Shown: positions 1 to 9,636 of the stretch, in pieces | How positions within the stretch are numbered: the stretch's first letter is position 1 | Layout: every line of letters starts with the position of its first letter | Source of the DNA: a virus | Direction: 5' to 3' (one strand) | DNA length: 64,000 nucleotides | Virus record (IMG/VR): IMGVR_UViG_3300036770_003728 | Coordinates: 1-64,000 of that record | Program-made: the position numbers and the translations under genes | The notes under the pieces: model-generated | What the model was told of the DNA's origin: nothing | What the model saw: only the letters and a program-made list of their open reading frames with translations | Databases searched by the model: none

Positions 1-617
1 AGTGTAAAACTTTCTGTTAAATCACGCACAGAATACATATTTCCAAAATTCTGCACATCTTCAGCCAGACGACGATACTCTTTACTGCTTAGTGGCCCAA
101 ACTGTTTAGTAAAGCCACCAGTGATAACATCACCCATGTCACTGTAGATATGTCCTAGATCACCATTGGCAATATCTGTGTCTTTTAATTGTTCCAACAG
201 GGCTAATGTACGATAACTGGTTTCACAAAACACATTGGCCACTTGCATGATCTGCACCAGGCCAGGTTGTCCTCTAGTTAAGAATTCTTCTACGTGTTTT
301 AGTAATCCGTTAATTATATCAGTGCTAGGAAAAGCAATATAGTCAGGTACGGTTTTTTCTTGACTGATACTACATATTCCAGTGATAAACGGCGGCAATC
401 TGCGTATAGATTCGCGTACTGCCGGACCGCAAGAATCTAAACAGCTTTTAGCAAGCCCACTGAGACTGCCGCTATTGTACCGTTCAACGGCTGCAATTAA
501 AGCAGGTGAAATAGCAAATGCATCTAGATTGGAATTTACATTAAGAAAACCATTGGTACTAGTTGGGCGTTTTGTGATCCCAGCCAGTACCAATGTTTGT
601 GTGGGAGTAAGTTTCAT
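1..617 (-). CDS. Hypothetical protein, runs off the window start; possible baseplate/virion protein
   Basis: Open frame from ATG at 617 (MKLTPTQTLVLAGITKRP...) to the edge; ATGA overlap with the PAAR stop; absent from the ORF track. Confidence 0.7.
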   Translation of the reverse strand, partial: MKLTPTQTLVLAGITKRPTSTNGFLNVNSNLDAFAISPALIAAVERYNSGSLSGLAKSCLDSCGPAVRESIRRLPPFITGICSISQEKTVPDYIAFPSTDIINGLLKHVEEFLTRGQPGLVQIMQVANVFCETSYRTLALLEQLKDTDIANGDLGHIYSDMGDVITGGFTKQFGPLSSKEYRRLAEDVQNFGNMYSVRDLTESFT

Positions 618-865
618 CCGATTTTAACCTTAGGATCACCAGACACTATAATAGTTTTATCACCAACTTGATCATCTTGTCTAGCAGCCGGTTTACGGTC
701 TATAAAAACCTTGTCACTGGCTTTGCTTACTGGCACACCTTCATCATCACAGTCGCCAAGGCGCACTAATGGTTTTTTATTAACCTTTACACGATCACTG
801 CCTTCTACTAGTGTGTTTTTTCCGGCGCGATCTTCGGTGGCTCTGGCAGCTGGTTTAGATGTCAT
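614..865 (-). CDS. PAAR-repeat spike-tip protein (T4 gp5.4-like)
   Basis: KPAARATED, KPLVRLGD, KPAARQDD repeats; ends IVSGDPKVKIG. Confidence 0.85.
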   Translation of the reverse strand: MTSKPAARATEDRAGKNTLVEGSDRVKVNKKPLVRLGDCDDEGVPVSKASDKVFIDRKPAARQDDQVGDKTIIVSGDPKVKIG

Positions 866-1155
866 TCGGGTTGAGCTGTGGTAATAGTAATATAGTGATC
901 ACGCATGCGTTCATGTGTATGGCAAGCAGTGATAATATGATTTTCTTTGTAGCTCAAATTTTCTACATCAGGATCAAGGCCAAACATGGCCTGTATTAAT
1001 CCGATACCATCTGAGCTGGTTACCACAATACAGGGTTTACGTAACTCATAGAGATTATTGCTATGATCAACTAGTTCTCCTACAATTTCATCGCCGGAGA
1101 CTAGTTTAAGATTAATAATTTCTCCTACTTGAATTTTTGAGCGTTCAATTAACAT
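862..1155 (-). CDS. Sm-like fold phage protein
   Basis: IINLKLVSGDEIVGEL pattern typical of phage Sm-like proteins. Confidence 0.55.
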   Translation of the reverse strand: MLIERSKIQVGEIINLKLVSGDEIVGELVDHSNNLYELRKPCIVVTSSDGIGLIQAMFGLDPDVENLSYKENHIITACHTHERMRDHYITITTAQPE

Positions 1156-1405
1156 TGGTGCGTTCCTTTAGTTGTTGAAAATCATTTTCAGTTAAACGAC
1201 TTAATCCTGTGTAGCCGTTTTCTACATATAGTTCGTCATTGAGATATATTTGTGGAACTGTTCTATGTCCACGTTCTATAATAAACTCTCGAGCTGATGT
1301 ATCAAGATCTACTCGGACTTCTTCAAACTCAATGCCTTTGAGTTTTAATAAATTTTTAGCTCGATCGCAAAATGGACACTGTGCTTTACTGTAGACTTTT
1401 AGCAT
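1145..1405 (-). CDS. Glutaredoxin
   Basis: CPFC active site, TVPQIY motif; near nrdAB. Confidence 0.92.
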   Translation of the reverse strand: MLKVYSKAQCPFCDRAKNLLKLKGIEFEEVRVDLDTSAREFIIERGHRTVPQIYLNDELYVENGYTGLSRLTENDFQQLKERTNVN

Positions 1406-1569
1406 TAGGCACGCTCCACTTCTACAATAACACCGGGGCCGGCTAATTCTTCTACCACGCTGGCAATGGCATTTTCAATTTCTTGATTTACTACCACTGC
1501 GGGTAGTTCATCGTTTCTAATCATTTTGCAGACTTTGACTACAATTAGTTCTTCGTATATTTTAGGCAT
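1405..1569 (-). CDS. 54-aa hypothetical protein, paralog of the two ORFs upstream
   Basis: MPKIYEELIVVKVCKMIRND...GVIVEVERA; TAATG coupling to glutaredoxin; below the ORF-track cutoff. Confidence 0.75.
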   Translation of the reverse strand: MPKIYEELIVVKVCKMIRNDELPAVVVNQEIENAIASVVEELAGPGVIVEVERA

Positions 1570-1578
1570 AGTTGATCC

Positions 1579-1779
1579 TTAGAGTATTTCGACTATCACT
1601 GTGACTTGACCAGTGGGATAGGTGTATGAATAATTTGCTGTAATATAATTAGTTATCCCAACCTGCAGCGCGATTTGAAGATTACTGGTTACCAATTGGT
1701 AACCAGTAATGTTAGCACCATCTTTGGCTAACCTACTTACTCTAACTAACAGATTGGCTGTTAAAGTTACATCAGCCAT
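1579..1779 (-). CDS. Hypothetical protein (small paralog family)
   Basis: LLVRVSRLAKD...VIVEIL shared with neighbours. Confidence 0.65.
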   Translation of the reverse strand: MADVTLTANLLVRVSRLAKDGANITGYQLVTSNLQIALQVGITNYITANYSYTYPTGQVTVIVEIL

Positions 1780-1787
1780 TGATCAGG

Positions 1788-2117
1788 TTAAGGTGTAGGT
1801 ACTGGAGTAGGCACCGGAACCGGAGTAGGTGTAGGTGTTGGGGTCGGTGGTACCGGAGTAGGTGTAGGTGTTGGGGTCGGTGTTGGAGTAGGCGTTGGTA
1901 CCGGAGTAGGTGTTGGGATGGGAATCTGTAATCCACTATTGGTTAGATCGTCAACCTCAACTACTACACCCTCAATACCCGCAAACTGTGACGCAACATA
2001 CGATTCAATATCACTGCGTAAGGTTTCGGTAACAAATGTGGTATTGCTGACGTTTTCGATATCTCTAATCAAATAACTGATTCTTACCAGCAATTTCTCC
2101 TCATCAATTTTTGCCAT
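1788..2117 (-). CDS. Hypothetical protein (small paralog family) with Pro-Thr tail
   Basis: LLVRISYLIRD...VVVEVD then about 45 aa of (PT)n; GGAG SD. Confidence 0.75.
   Translation of the reverse strand: MAKIDEEKLLVRISYLIRDIENVSNTTFVTETLRSDIESYVASQFAGIEGVVVEVDDLTNSGLQIPIPTPTPVPTPTPTPTPTPTPTPVPPTPTPTPTPVPVPTPVPTP
1791..1925 (-). repeat. Coding (Pro-Thr/Val)n low-complexity repeat
   Basis: Repeated ccggagtaggtgtaggtgttggggtcggtg units. Confidence 0.85.
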
Positions 2118-2126
2118 GATTTCTCC

Positions 2127-3230
2127 TTAAATATCGGGCAATTCAGCATGGTTTACAGTCTCTGACATCACACCGATAACGTAGTTGGTACTTTCAGACT
2201 CCTGTAAGGCCGTTTGTTTTTTATTTATGTTAACATGTTTGTTGAACCAAGGGATCGGTGTAGTCTTAGGATGTTCTTCTTGGTATTTGATACCAATATC
2301 ACGTAATCTCGTAAAGGCTGTGTAATCTACAAAGTCACATAAAATCTGGCTGTTTAGGCCAATAACTACGCCTTTTTTGAACAAATAGTTGGCCCAGGCC
2401 TTTTCTTCTCGTATAACATCCATGTACATAGCATAGACTTCTGCACGACAATCTTGGGCAGCTTGAGCAAAACGTGCATCATCCTTTTGTACTTGATTAA
2501 TCAAGTATGCAGTCCAATCAGCATGTAGGATTTCATCCTGCAAGATAAGAGCAATGATATTCCCATTGCCAATGAAAATACGATTTTCTACCATGGCCAA
2601 ACTAGTGGCAAAACTTACCATAAAGCGTAGTGCTTCTAGCGCATAACTGGCATTCAGTGCCATCCATATTGCCCGAATATGATCTCGTTCACTGACCAGC
2701 ATTGCTCCTATTTCTTTTTGGCTGTTGAGTTTATGTAACTCATCATAGTATCTACCTACATTTGCAGCCATATCCACTATTTCTTGGGTTTCATGAATTT
2801 TGTTAAATTCTTCTTTAGGCACACCATATATGTTTCTAATAATATGGCTATAGCTTTTGCTGTGGATGTTGGTTTCGAAAAAACTCCAATTATTAACTAG
2901 GGCTTCTACTTCAGGTACCGAAATCACAGGACTAAAAATTTGGCTAGGAGCTCGACCCTGTATACTGTCTAAGGCAGTTTGCCTAAGCAAGTTACTGGTA
3001 AAAATATGTCGGACTGCTTCACTGGCTTCTTTGAAATCAATCTTGTCTTTAGTTAGTGTGATTTCTTCTGGTACCCAGAAAAAGCCACGAGCAGTTTCTT
3101 CGAATTTAGCAATCTTAGGATATCGAACTTCTTCAAAGCGTTGTACTGTAACTGGACCTTCTGGGTCCAGAAACATGTTACGTTGCAGATAGTTTGTGGG
3201 TTTTTTTAGATTATATTGGGCGATACTCAT
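2127..3230 (-). CDS. nrdB: Ribonucleotide reductase class Ia beta subunit
   Basis: FFWVPEE, LDSIQGR, IHSKSY (radical Tyr), LEALRF, DEILH, C-terminal QESESTNY; start moved to the ATG overlapping the nrdA stop. Confidence 0.95.
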   Translation of the reverse strand: MSIAQYNLKKPTNYLQRNMFLDPEGPVTVQRFEEVRYPKIAKFEETARGFFWVPEEITLTKDKIDFKEASEAVRHIFTSNLLRQTALDSIQGRAPSQIFSPVISVPEVEALVNNWSFFETNIHSKSYSHIIRNIYGVPKEEFNKIHETQEIVDMAANVGRYYDELHKLNSQKEIGAMLVSERDHIRAIWMALNASYALEALRFMVSFATSLAMVENRIFIGNGNIIALILQDEILHADWTAYLINQVQKDDARFAQAAQDCRAEVYAMYMDVIREEKAWANYLFKKGVVIGLNSQILCDFVDYTAFTRLRDIGIKYQEEHPKTTPIPWFNKHVNINKKQTALQESESTNYVIGVMSETVNHAELPDI

Positions 3231-5563
3231 AGTACACAACTTTCACAATTTTCTTGGTCTTCTAATTCAACGAGATTGGTTATGGCGGGTTCAGTAATGG
3301 TATTAGCTGTATTACCCAGTAATCCTTTTGCACCAACTTTGTTAATTAGGCTATAATAGATAGTTTTTAGTCCCCAATGGTGTGCTCGCATTAGGTTACC
3401 AGCAATTACTGTGCCTGGCACTTTGTTATCGGCATAGTAAGCAGGGTTATAAAATGTATTAGTGCTAAGGCTTTGGTCGATATAGGCCGCTAGCACTGCC
3501 GCAGTTTTTAGATAATCGGCACAATCACGCTGATCCCACATTAGTTGATAACGCGACTTGAGGCGGCGATATTCGGGCACAACCTGAACAAAACTACCCG
3601 CTTTAGATTCTTTAACAGAGATTAGCTCCATAGGCATTTCGATACCATTGGTTGAATTCAATACCACAGAGCTAGACTCCACAGGCGCTACTGCCATTAG
3701 GGTAGCATTACGAATACCATGCTGCTTTAACTTAGCACGTAAGGGTTCCCAGTCAAGACTTGGAGTAAAATCCGTTAGTTCATTAACCCCTTTGGCGCGA
3801 CGCTCCCAAGGGAATATGCCCCTACCGTAATAGGTCTGCGCCGACTTACTGCAAGCACCGCGCTGCTCAGCCAATTCTACACTCATTTCGGTTAGGTAAT
3901 AGGCCTGATGTTCCATCCAACGCTTGACTTCCGCCAAGGCAATTGGTTCGCCGTACTTGAGTCCCTTACGGGCGTGCCAATAAGCAAGGTTAGTGATGCC
4001 AACCCCTAGTGGTTCAAAGTCCTTGTTAGCTAGTTCACTTTGTATACTAAGGAAGTCTTGATAGTTTAGCAAGTTGCTGAGGCTGCGTACTAACACGCGA
4101 CACGCTCGACGCATGTCTTGTGGATTACGGAAACTGCCCCAGTTTATGCTGCCAAGAGTACAAAGAGCGATTCTTCCCTCAGAGTCTTCAATCCTCTGGA
4201 AAGGTCTCGTGGGTAATAATATCTCTTGGCAAAGATTTGATTGATATACTGGATCAAGCTCTGTGTCAAACGAGCCTTGACGCTGAACGTTGTCAATGAA
4301 TACAAAGTAGATGCGACCAGTGTCAGTGCGTTCCTTAAGAATGCCATTCTTAAAGATCTCGTCCGCTGGTAATACCTTCTTCTTTTTTGTCGCATCGTGC
4401 TCATATTTTGTATATAGCTTTTCAAATTCTTCTGTGTTGCGATAGAAGGCTTCATACAAGTCTGGCACTTCATGTGGATCAAATAATGTAATATTTTCTT
4501 TATTCTTGAATCTACGCCAAAACATAGCATTGACCACTACTGAGTAATCCATCTGCCTAACACGAGTTTCTTCTGTACCTTGATTGTTCTTTAGTACAAT
4601 AAGGTCTTCAAACTGTGCGTGCCAGATAGGAAATGTCACAGTACATGACGCATTACGAATACCACCTTGGCTACAACTACGCAAGTCACTAAACCATTTC
4701 TTCATAAATGGTACTAGACCCGTGTGTTTGATCTCGCCATTGCGAATCGGAGCACCCAAGGGTCGAATCCTGCCAATTTCCAAGCCAATGCCAGCCCGTT
4801 TACTGGCATACTTGGCCATCATTTCTCCGGCTGCGAAAATGCTGTCAAGTGTATCATCACTACTAATAAGAACACAGCTACTAAACTGCTTGGTTGTAGT
4901 ACCAAGACCGGCAAGCACAGGAGTAGCAAGAGTAAAATGGCCATCGCTTGCACAATCATAATAATCCTTGACATATTTTAATCTCTTTTCACTTGGTTCA
5001 GCATGAAAAGCTGTGGCCGCTGCGATGGCATAACGAACCTGAGGTGTTTCAAATACTTGCCCTGTAGCACGATTTTGTACTAGGTATTTCTCGCACAGTT
5101 GAGCAATAGCTGCATAGGTATATGCTTCGTCTTTATGGTGATCTATAAACAGATCTATAATATTCCATTCATCTTGGGTATACCACTCTAGCAATTCCGG
5201 GGTATACATTCCGGCATCTACGTTCCGCTTTACTATGGTGTAAAGACGGGGTGGGTCGTATTCGCCGTAGACTTCTTTTCTCAACATACTCAGGCGTTGA
5301 CGACCTGCTACATATTGATAATTAACATTATTGATTTCGGGGTTTTCAGTTTCATCTATTAGACCAACCATGGCCTGTAACAACAATCCATCAATGGTAC
5401 GAGTAGTCATACCATCATGAAATTCTAATTGTGCTTTGATTTCGATCATGCTAGGACTAACTCCGTCGATGCCCCTGCATGCGTTTAGTACTTGTCTTTG
5501 TATTTTCGAAATGTCCAGTGGAACACGTTGCCCACTGCGTTTAATAACATTAATCTGCGACAT
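3227..5563 (-). CDS. nrdA: Ribonucleotide reductase class Ia alpha subunit with ATP cone
   Basis: VIKRSG ATP cone, SSCVL, NLCQEI, ALCTL, TIYY, C-terminal CESC. Confidence 0.97.
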   Translation of the reverse strand: MSQINVIKRSGQRVPLDISKIQRQVLNACRGIDGVSPSMIEIKAQLEFHDGMTTRTIDGLLLQAMVGLIDETENPEINNVNYQYVAGRQRLSMLRKEVYGEYDPPRLYTIVKRNVDAGMYTPELLEWYTQDEWNIIDLFIDHHKDEAYTYAAIAQLCEKYLVQNRATGQVFETPQVRYAIAAATAFHAEPSEKRLKYVKDYYDCASDGHFTLATPVLAGLGTTTKQFSSCVLISSDDTLDSIFAAGEMMAKYASKRAGIGLEIGRIRPLGAPIRNGEIKHTGLVPFMKKWFSDLRSCSQGGIRNASCTVTFPIWHAQFEDLIVLKNNQGTEETRVRQMDYSVVVNAMFWRRFKNKENITLFDPHEVPDLYEAFYRNTEEFEKLYTKYEHDATKKKKVLPADEIFKNGILKERTDTGRIYFVFIDNVQRQGSFDTELDPVYQSNLCQEILLPTRPFQRIEDSEGRIALCTLGSINWGSFRNPQDMRRACRVLVRSLSNLLNYQDFLSIQSELANKDFEPLGVGITNLAYWHARKGLKYGEPIALAEVKRWMEHQAYYLTEMSVELAEQRGACSKSAQTYYGRGIFPWERRAKGVNELTDFTPSLDWEPLRAKLKQHGIRNATLMAVAPVESSSVVLNSTNGIEMPMELISVKESKAGSFVQVVPEYRRLKSRYQLMWDQRDCADYLKTAAVLAAYIDQSLSTNTFYNPAYYADNKVPGTVIAGNLMRAHHWGLKTIYYSLINKVGAKGLLGNTANTITEPAITNLVELEDQENCESCVL

Positions 5564-5583
5564 TATTTTGATTCCTTATTATT

Positions 5584-6036
5584 CTAGTATAGGTCAAGAT
5601 TCAAATCATTAACTGTGTATCTATACCTTAGTTCGTAATTCTCATCTACTGAAGTCTTATTTACTACAGAGTCAAAAACCAAATTAAGTATATATTTTCC
5701 ATCATTGACCCAAACCGTATTCACTATGTCTCTGGTGCCGGTATGCCGGTATATGCGTAATTCTAAATTTGTAATGGTGCTGTAATGAGCACAAAGATAT
5801 AGAGTATAAAACATTCCTAGACTTTTTGCAAGATCACAATACATGTTTTCATGCACTAAAGTCCATGGATCTGGCCAATCTTCAACTAAATCAGCACAAA
5901 GGTAATGTGTGACATATGGAGCATAACTCCATAGCCTTGAGGTGTCTTTTACAGCTAATTCTAATTCTTTTTGACCAATTTCTTCGCGAAATCGGCGCCA
6001 CTCACGCAGCCTTTCTTCGGGCCTTAGGTTCCACAT
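5584..6036 (-). CDS. Hypothetical protein, possible transglutaminase-like fold
   Basis: DWPDPWTL...YCDLAKSLGMFYTL. Confidence 0.6.
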   Translation of the reverse strand: MWNLRPEERLREWRRFREEIGQKELELAVKDTSRLWSYAPYVTHYLCADLVEDWPDPWTLVHENMYCDLAKSLGMFYTLYLCAHYSTITNLELRIYRHTGTRDIVNTVWVNDGKYILNLVFDSVVNKTSVDENYELRYRYTVNDLNLDLY

Positions 6037-6051
6037 AGCGCAGTGGTCTAA

Positions 6052-7764
6052 TTAAAATGACAAACTAGCAACTGGATTTATCACAGTGGAGTCAACCAGT
6101 TGTTTATAATCTTGTGATTTAACATCAAAGGTTAGTACTGTTGGACCTAACACGGGCAACAGAGTTTGAACTACCAGATAGGGTTTTTTCATATATCCCT
6201 CTATTTGTCGATATTCCATATTAATTCGAATTCCTGCATCAAAAACTTGTGTATAGCTGTCCCTGAAGCAAACCACTTCATTGATAGGATCCACTGCGTA
6301 TACCAAAGTTCCACTTCTATATCGTTGATCACGTTCTAGGTTATAATGAATAACACCACTAAGAAACCTAGCATGTATGGGTATATAATTTACACTGCTA
6401 ACAGGCAACAAATAACTTTTTCCAATGGTTTGGTATCGTGATCCCAAACGCAATCCTACTTGTGCGTCTATGCTGACAATTTCAGGCGCTGCATGTTCCA
6501 CCGTGGGAAAAGTAAATTCTGTGTCGCTGGGTCTTAAAAATACATCGCCCAGGCTATGGCTATTATTTCCACTGAATTTTAATACTGATGTCACAGGTGT
6601 CACAGAATTCAAAGATGCGATGTTAGCTATGTTACTAAGGTAATTAGTGCCTACATTAAAATAACTGTTGGTGCTGCTGATCACATCGGTTACACCACTG
6701 CCGGTGATTAATGCATGTTCTTTGATATTGTTAAACACATTACTGATTAACTTTACTGCCATTGGAGCATGCGTCCTAACTGTGTTGACTGCGACTCCAC
6801 GTAAAAGATCTGTAAACACGCAGCGATTAAACACTACTACACTGGTACCAACTGTATCGGTAACATTGGCTGCTGTGCTCATATTAACAAAATCACATTC
6901 TGTGAAATAGACATTGTTAGTAGCAAGATGCGTACTTTTGATTTCTACGCAGCTAGCAGCATTGTCTACGGTAGGTCGTTGTTCGTAACCTAAGAATTTA
7001 CATCTATTAAATAGAACATTTTTGGTATTATCAACGAGGCCAATTTTTCGACCTTGAGCCAATGGCATTTCCCAAGTAATATTATGTAACTCAATGGGAC
7101 CTGGTTGTGCTCCATTGGCAGCCACCGAGCTGCCAAAGTCTCCCAAGCTGTTAGTGCATCTAAATACATAACTGGCTGCTGTACTAGCTTGTCTTATAAT
7201 AACACTGTCTTTGCCTGCACCACGTAATACACAGTAGGGAGGTAGATAAATTTCTCCGTAGACTACATAAGTGCCAGGATGAAAGTTAATTACACGACGA
7301 GAGGGCACTGGTACAGTAGCAGTGCGTTGTCCATAAATTTGATCTATAGCACGTTGTATAGCATTGTAATCATCGGTAACACCATCCCCAACTGCACCAA
7401 AATCCTGTACATTAACCACATCGTCGAGTTTGTTCTGTAGCGTTCGTACACTAGGATCTCCATAGCTGGTTCCAGTTTGTGTTTCATAACCACCCAATAG
7501 GCCTTTGAATCTGTAACTAAACTCTAACAGCCCTGCTAGGTTATTACCTGAACCAGGTGTGCTGCCTGTGTAAAATTCTAACAATGACTTTTGAGTCATT
7601 ATTTCGGTGTTTCCTTCGTAAGGAGCACCTTCAGCAATGGTACCATTGCCAATGAATAATCTTAACTGATCTTGTGCCCAGCCAAATTCACCGCCGGCTA
7701 ATTGTCCTAGGTCTTGTAATAACCCAGTGCGTACTCGAATTTGACTGATCTGTTGAACTGCCAT
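6052..7764 (-). CDS. Tail spike/fibre-like virion protein with pectate-lyase-like beta-helix
   Basis: N-terminal IRVRTG...GEFGWAQDQLRLFIGNG (MTD-N-like); NVQDFGAVGDGVTDD; repeated FxxCxF rungs; TAAATA upstream. Confidence 0.8.
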   Translation of the reverse strand: MAVQQISQIRVRTGLLQDLGQLAGGEFGWAQDQLRLFIGNGTIAEGAPYEGNTEIMTQKSLLEFYTGSTPGSGNNLAGLLEFSYRFKGLLGGYETQTGTSYGDPSVRTLQNKLDDVVNVQDFGAVGDGVTDDYNAIQRAIDQIYGQRTATVPVPSRRVINFHPGTYVVYGEIYLPPYCVLRGAGKDSVIIRQASTAASYVFRCTNSLGDFGSSVAANGAQPGPIELHNITWEMPLAQGRKIGLVDNTKNVLFNRCKFLGYEQRPTVDNAASCVEIKSTHLATNNVYFTECDFVNMSTAANVTDTVGTSVVVFNRCVFTDLLRGVAVNTVRTHAPMAVKLISNVFNNIKEHALITGSGVTDVISSTNSYFNVGTNYLSNIANIASLNSVTPVTSVLKFSGNNSHSLGDVFLRPSDTEFTFPTVEHAAPEIVSIDAQVGLRLGSRYQTIGKSYLLPVSSVNYIPIHARFLSGVIHYNLERDQRYRSGTLVYAVDPINEVVCFRDSYTQVFDAGIRINMEYRQIEGYMKKPYLVVQTLLPVLGPTVLTFDVKSQDYKQLVDSTVINPVASLSF

Positions 7765-7786
7765 CTAGTTGTCCTGTATTGAATAT

Positions 7787-8482
7787 TTACCGAATACGGT
7801 AATACTCACCAACACGATCACACCAACGATTAGTCCACATATCAAAATCTTCAGGCTCCAGCACAAACTCTTGATACTCAGGTTCAGCACCTTCTTCTGG
7901 GCGCACACACATCATTACTACACCTTTACGAATATTGGTGCCATAAACTTCATTGTGTGCTAGTGCATAAGCAGTAAGTTGTAGGAAATAGTCATCAATC
8001 CACTCACGACGTTTAGGCTTGTTGCTTTGCTTAAAGTCTAGTATGGCTTCTGCGCCATTGTGTACTCCTACACAGTCTGTGGTGCCAGCATATAGTTCAG
8101 GAAAGTATAACCCAACTTCATTGCCCCAGACTTCGTCGACGTTTTTGAAACCTTGTTCAATGATAGTTTGTGCCATACGAAAACTACGTTGGCTTTCTGG
8201 ATGAGTACCCGGAGTACCTGCATTACCGGTTTGTACATAGTTTTCTAACCATTTGTGCATGCGAGTACCTCTACTTGCAGCTTCTGTGGTTATAGCTTGC
8301 GCTCGTTGTTCACCTACTCGTTTTCGCCATTCTTGTAGTGCTTGTTTAGCTTCTTCGGGTTTGGTACGATCAAGTATGGTAGTCACTGATGGAACACGAT
8401 GACCCAATGGAGTCACATAATAACGTGCCCCATTTAGGTTTTCTCTATTGATTTGTTTATAGTTGTATTTTTGTATAAGCAT
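7787..8482 (-). CDS. PD-(D/E)XK exonuclease (Cas4/MGME1-like phage exonuclease)
   Basis: PSVTTIL, RGTRMH, AGTTD, ILDFKQS, QLTAY. Confidence 0.88.
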   Translation of the reverse strand: MLIQKYNYKQINRENLNGARYYVTPLGHRVPSVTTILDRTKPEEAKQALQEWRKRVGEQRAQAITTEAASRGTRMHKWLENYVQTGNAGTPGTHPESQRSFRMAQTIIEQGFKNVDEVWGNEVGLYFPELYAGTTDCVGVHNGAEAILDFKQSNKPKRREWIDDYFLQLTAYALAHNEVYGTNIRKGVVMMCVRPEEGAEPEYQEFVLEPEDFDMWTNRWCDRVGEYYRIR

Positions 8483-8488
8483 ACTAGG

Positions 8489-8517
8489 ATAATAACAGAA
8501 TAATCCTAGAAACTCAA
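8489..8517 (-). promoter_or_regulatory. Sigma70-like promoter, leaderless arrangement
   Basis: TTGAGT-17-TATTAT, 6 nt before the exonuclease ATG; overlapped by a CTAGGAT...ATCCTAG inverted repeat. Confidence 0.55.
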
Positions 8518-8521
8518 ATGA

Positions 8522-8905
8522 TTAAGTGCGTTTTGTTGCTGCTCGTTTTGCCATTGATTTCACAGTGGCTTGAGGATTATGAGCGCCACCGGGTTGATCC
8601 ATAACATCGTCGTTGGGTAGTGCATCATCCATATTATCAACTAACCCTTTGAGATATACATACTTGACACCGCTGTCATCGTCGCTGATATTTCGAATCA
8701 TATTCTTTACCGCAGAATTGTCTTTGACTAAATCTGCTAAGATATCCACATTGAACATTTCGCTGCCAGGCTTTTTCCTAACCAAATTTACTAGACTATC
8801 CACACGAATCTGATCAGTGCGCTCACGCAGTGTTTCTAATACACTGACCAAATTGGTAGCCGAGGGAGAAAATTCTCCCTCAAATGTAAACTCTCTGGCT
8901 CGCAT
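8522..8905 (-). CDS. Hypothetical protein (probable internal head protein)
   Basis: MRAREFTFE N-terminus. Confidence 0.65.
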   Translation of the reverse strand: MRAREFTFEGEFSPSATNLVSVLETLRERTDQIRVDSLVNLVRKKPGSEMFNVDILADLVKDNSAVKNMIRNISDDDSGVKYVYLKGLVDNMDDALPNDDVMDQPGGAHNPQATVKSMAKRAATKRT

Positions 8906-9624
8906 TAACGCTTTTCTCTGCCTACTGGAGCTTCACCGCCTGCGGCTGCATCTGTGCCGGCAAACGAATCAATGTCAGCATCTAGATCACTGCCCATGTC
9001 GCCCATGCCACCAGCATCAAGGCCACCTGGCGTAGGAGCACCTAATGTATCGCTGCCCATACCACCTGCCATGCCCATACCACCTAATCCACCACCGGCC
9101 ATATCTTCTCCGGCTAGTTGGCGAGCTGATGTGTCGGCAGTTTCGCGTGCTGTGGCTAATTCTTGACTGATGTTAGTTAGCAATTGCCCCATGGCATTCT
9201 TGAAACTGTCAGCTTCAGCCATGCCAATTTGGTCACGAATGGTGTCGATTAGTGCAGGTAGCTGTTCTACTTGCATCTTACTGACTTTTTCAACCATGTC
9301 TTGTATACTGTCTACCATGTCTTTGGCAGCTAGGATAGCTTCACTCTTGCCCATTTCGCTTTCCATCAACTGCTGGTTTTCATTCATCCAACGGCCTAGG
9401 CTTTCGCGAACCATTAGCAATTCCATGTATCTTGGATTGCGCTCGGCTTTGTGTATGCCAAAACTATGGCGGATACGTGCTATGTTTTCATTCACTAAGG
9501 AATGTAAATGCTGTGCTTTGGCATAGGTTAAACGATTATAATCTAATGCAAACCCGAAACGGCTTTCCATTAAATTATTCATTCTACGACTGCTTGCTAC
9601 AGGATTTAGTTCAGAGATATTCAT
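8905..9624 (-). CDS. Hypothetical protein, helical with Gly/Met/Asp-rich tail (probable head protein)
   Basis: Long ORF with TAAATA upstream. Confidence 0.7.
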   Translation of the reverse strand: MNISELNPVASSRRMNNLMESRFGFALDYNRLTYAKAQHLHSLVNENIARIRHSFGIHKAERNPRYMELLMVRESLGRWMNENQQLMESEMGKSEAILAAKDMVDSIQDMVEKVSKMQVEQLPALIDTIRDQIGMAEADSFKNAMGQLLTNISQELATARETADTSARQLAGEDMAGGGLGGMGMAGGMGSDTLGAPTPGGLDAGGMGDMGSDLDADIDSFAGTDAAAGGEAPVGREKR

Positions 9625-9636
9625 AATAGGTAATTC

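Noticed and set aside
382-627. 81-aa plus-strand ORF
   Set aside because: Antisense to a longer minus-strand ORF coupled to the PAAR gene
7787-8482. Cas4-like nuclease as a sign of CRISPR-Cas
   Set aside because: Solo phage exonuclease without the Fe-S cysteines; no array or other cas genes
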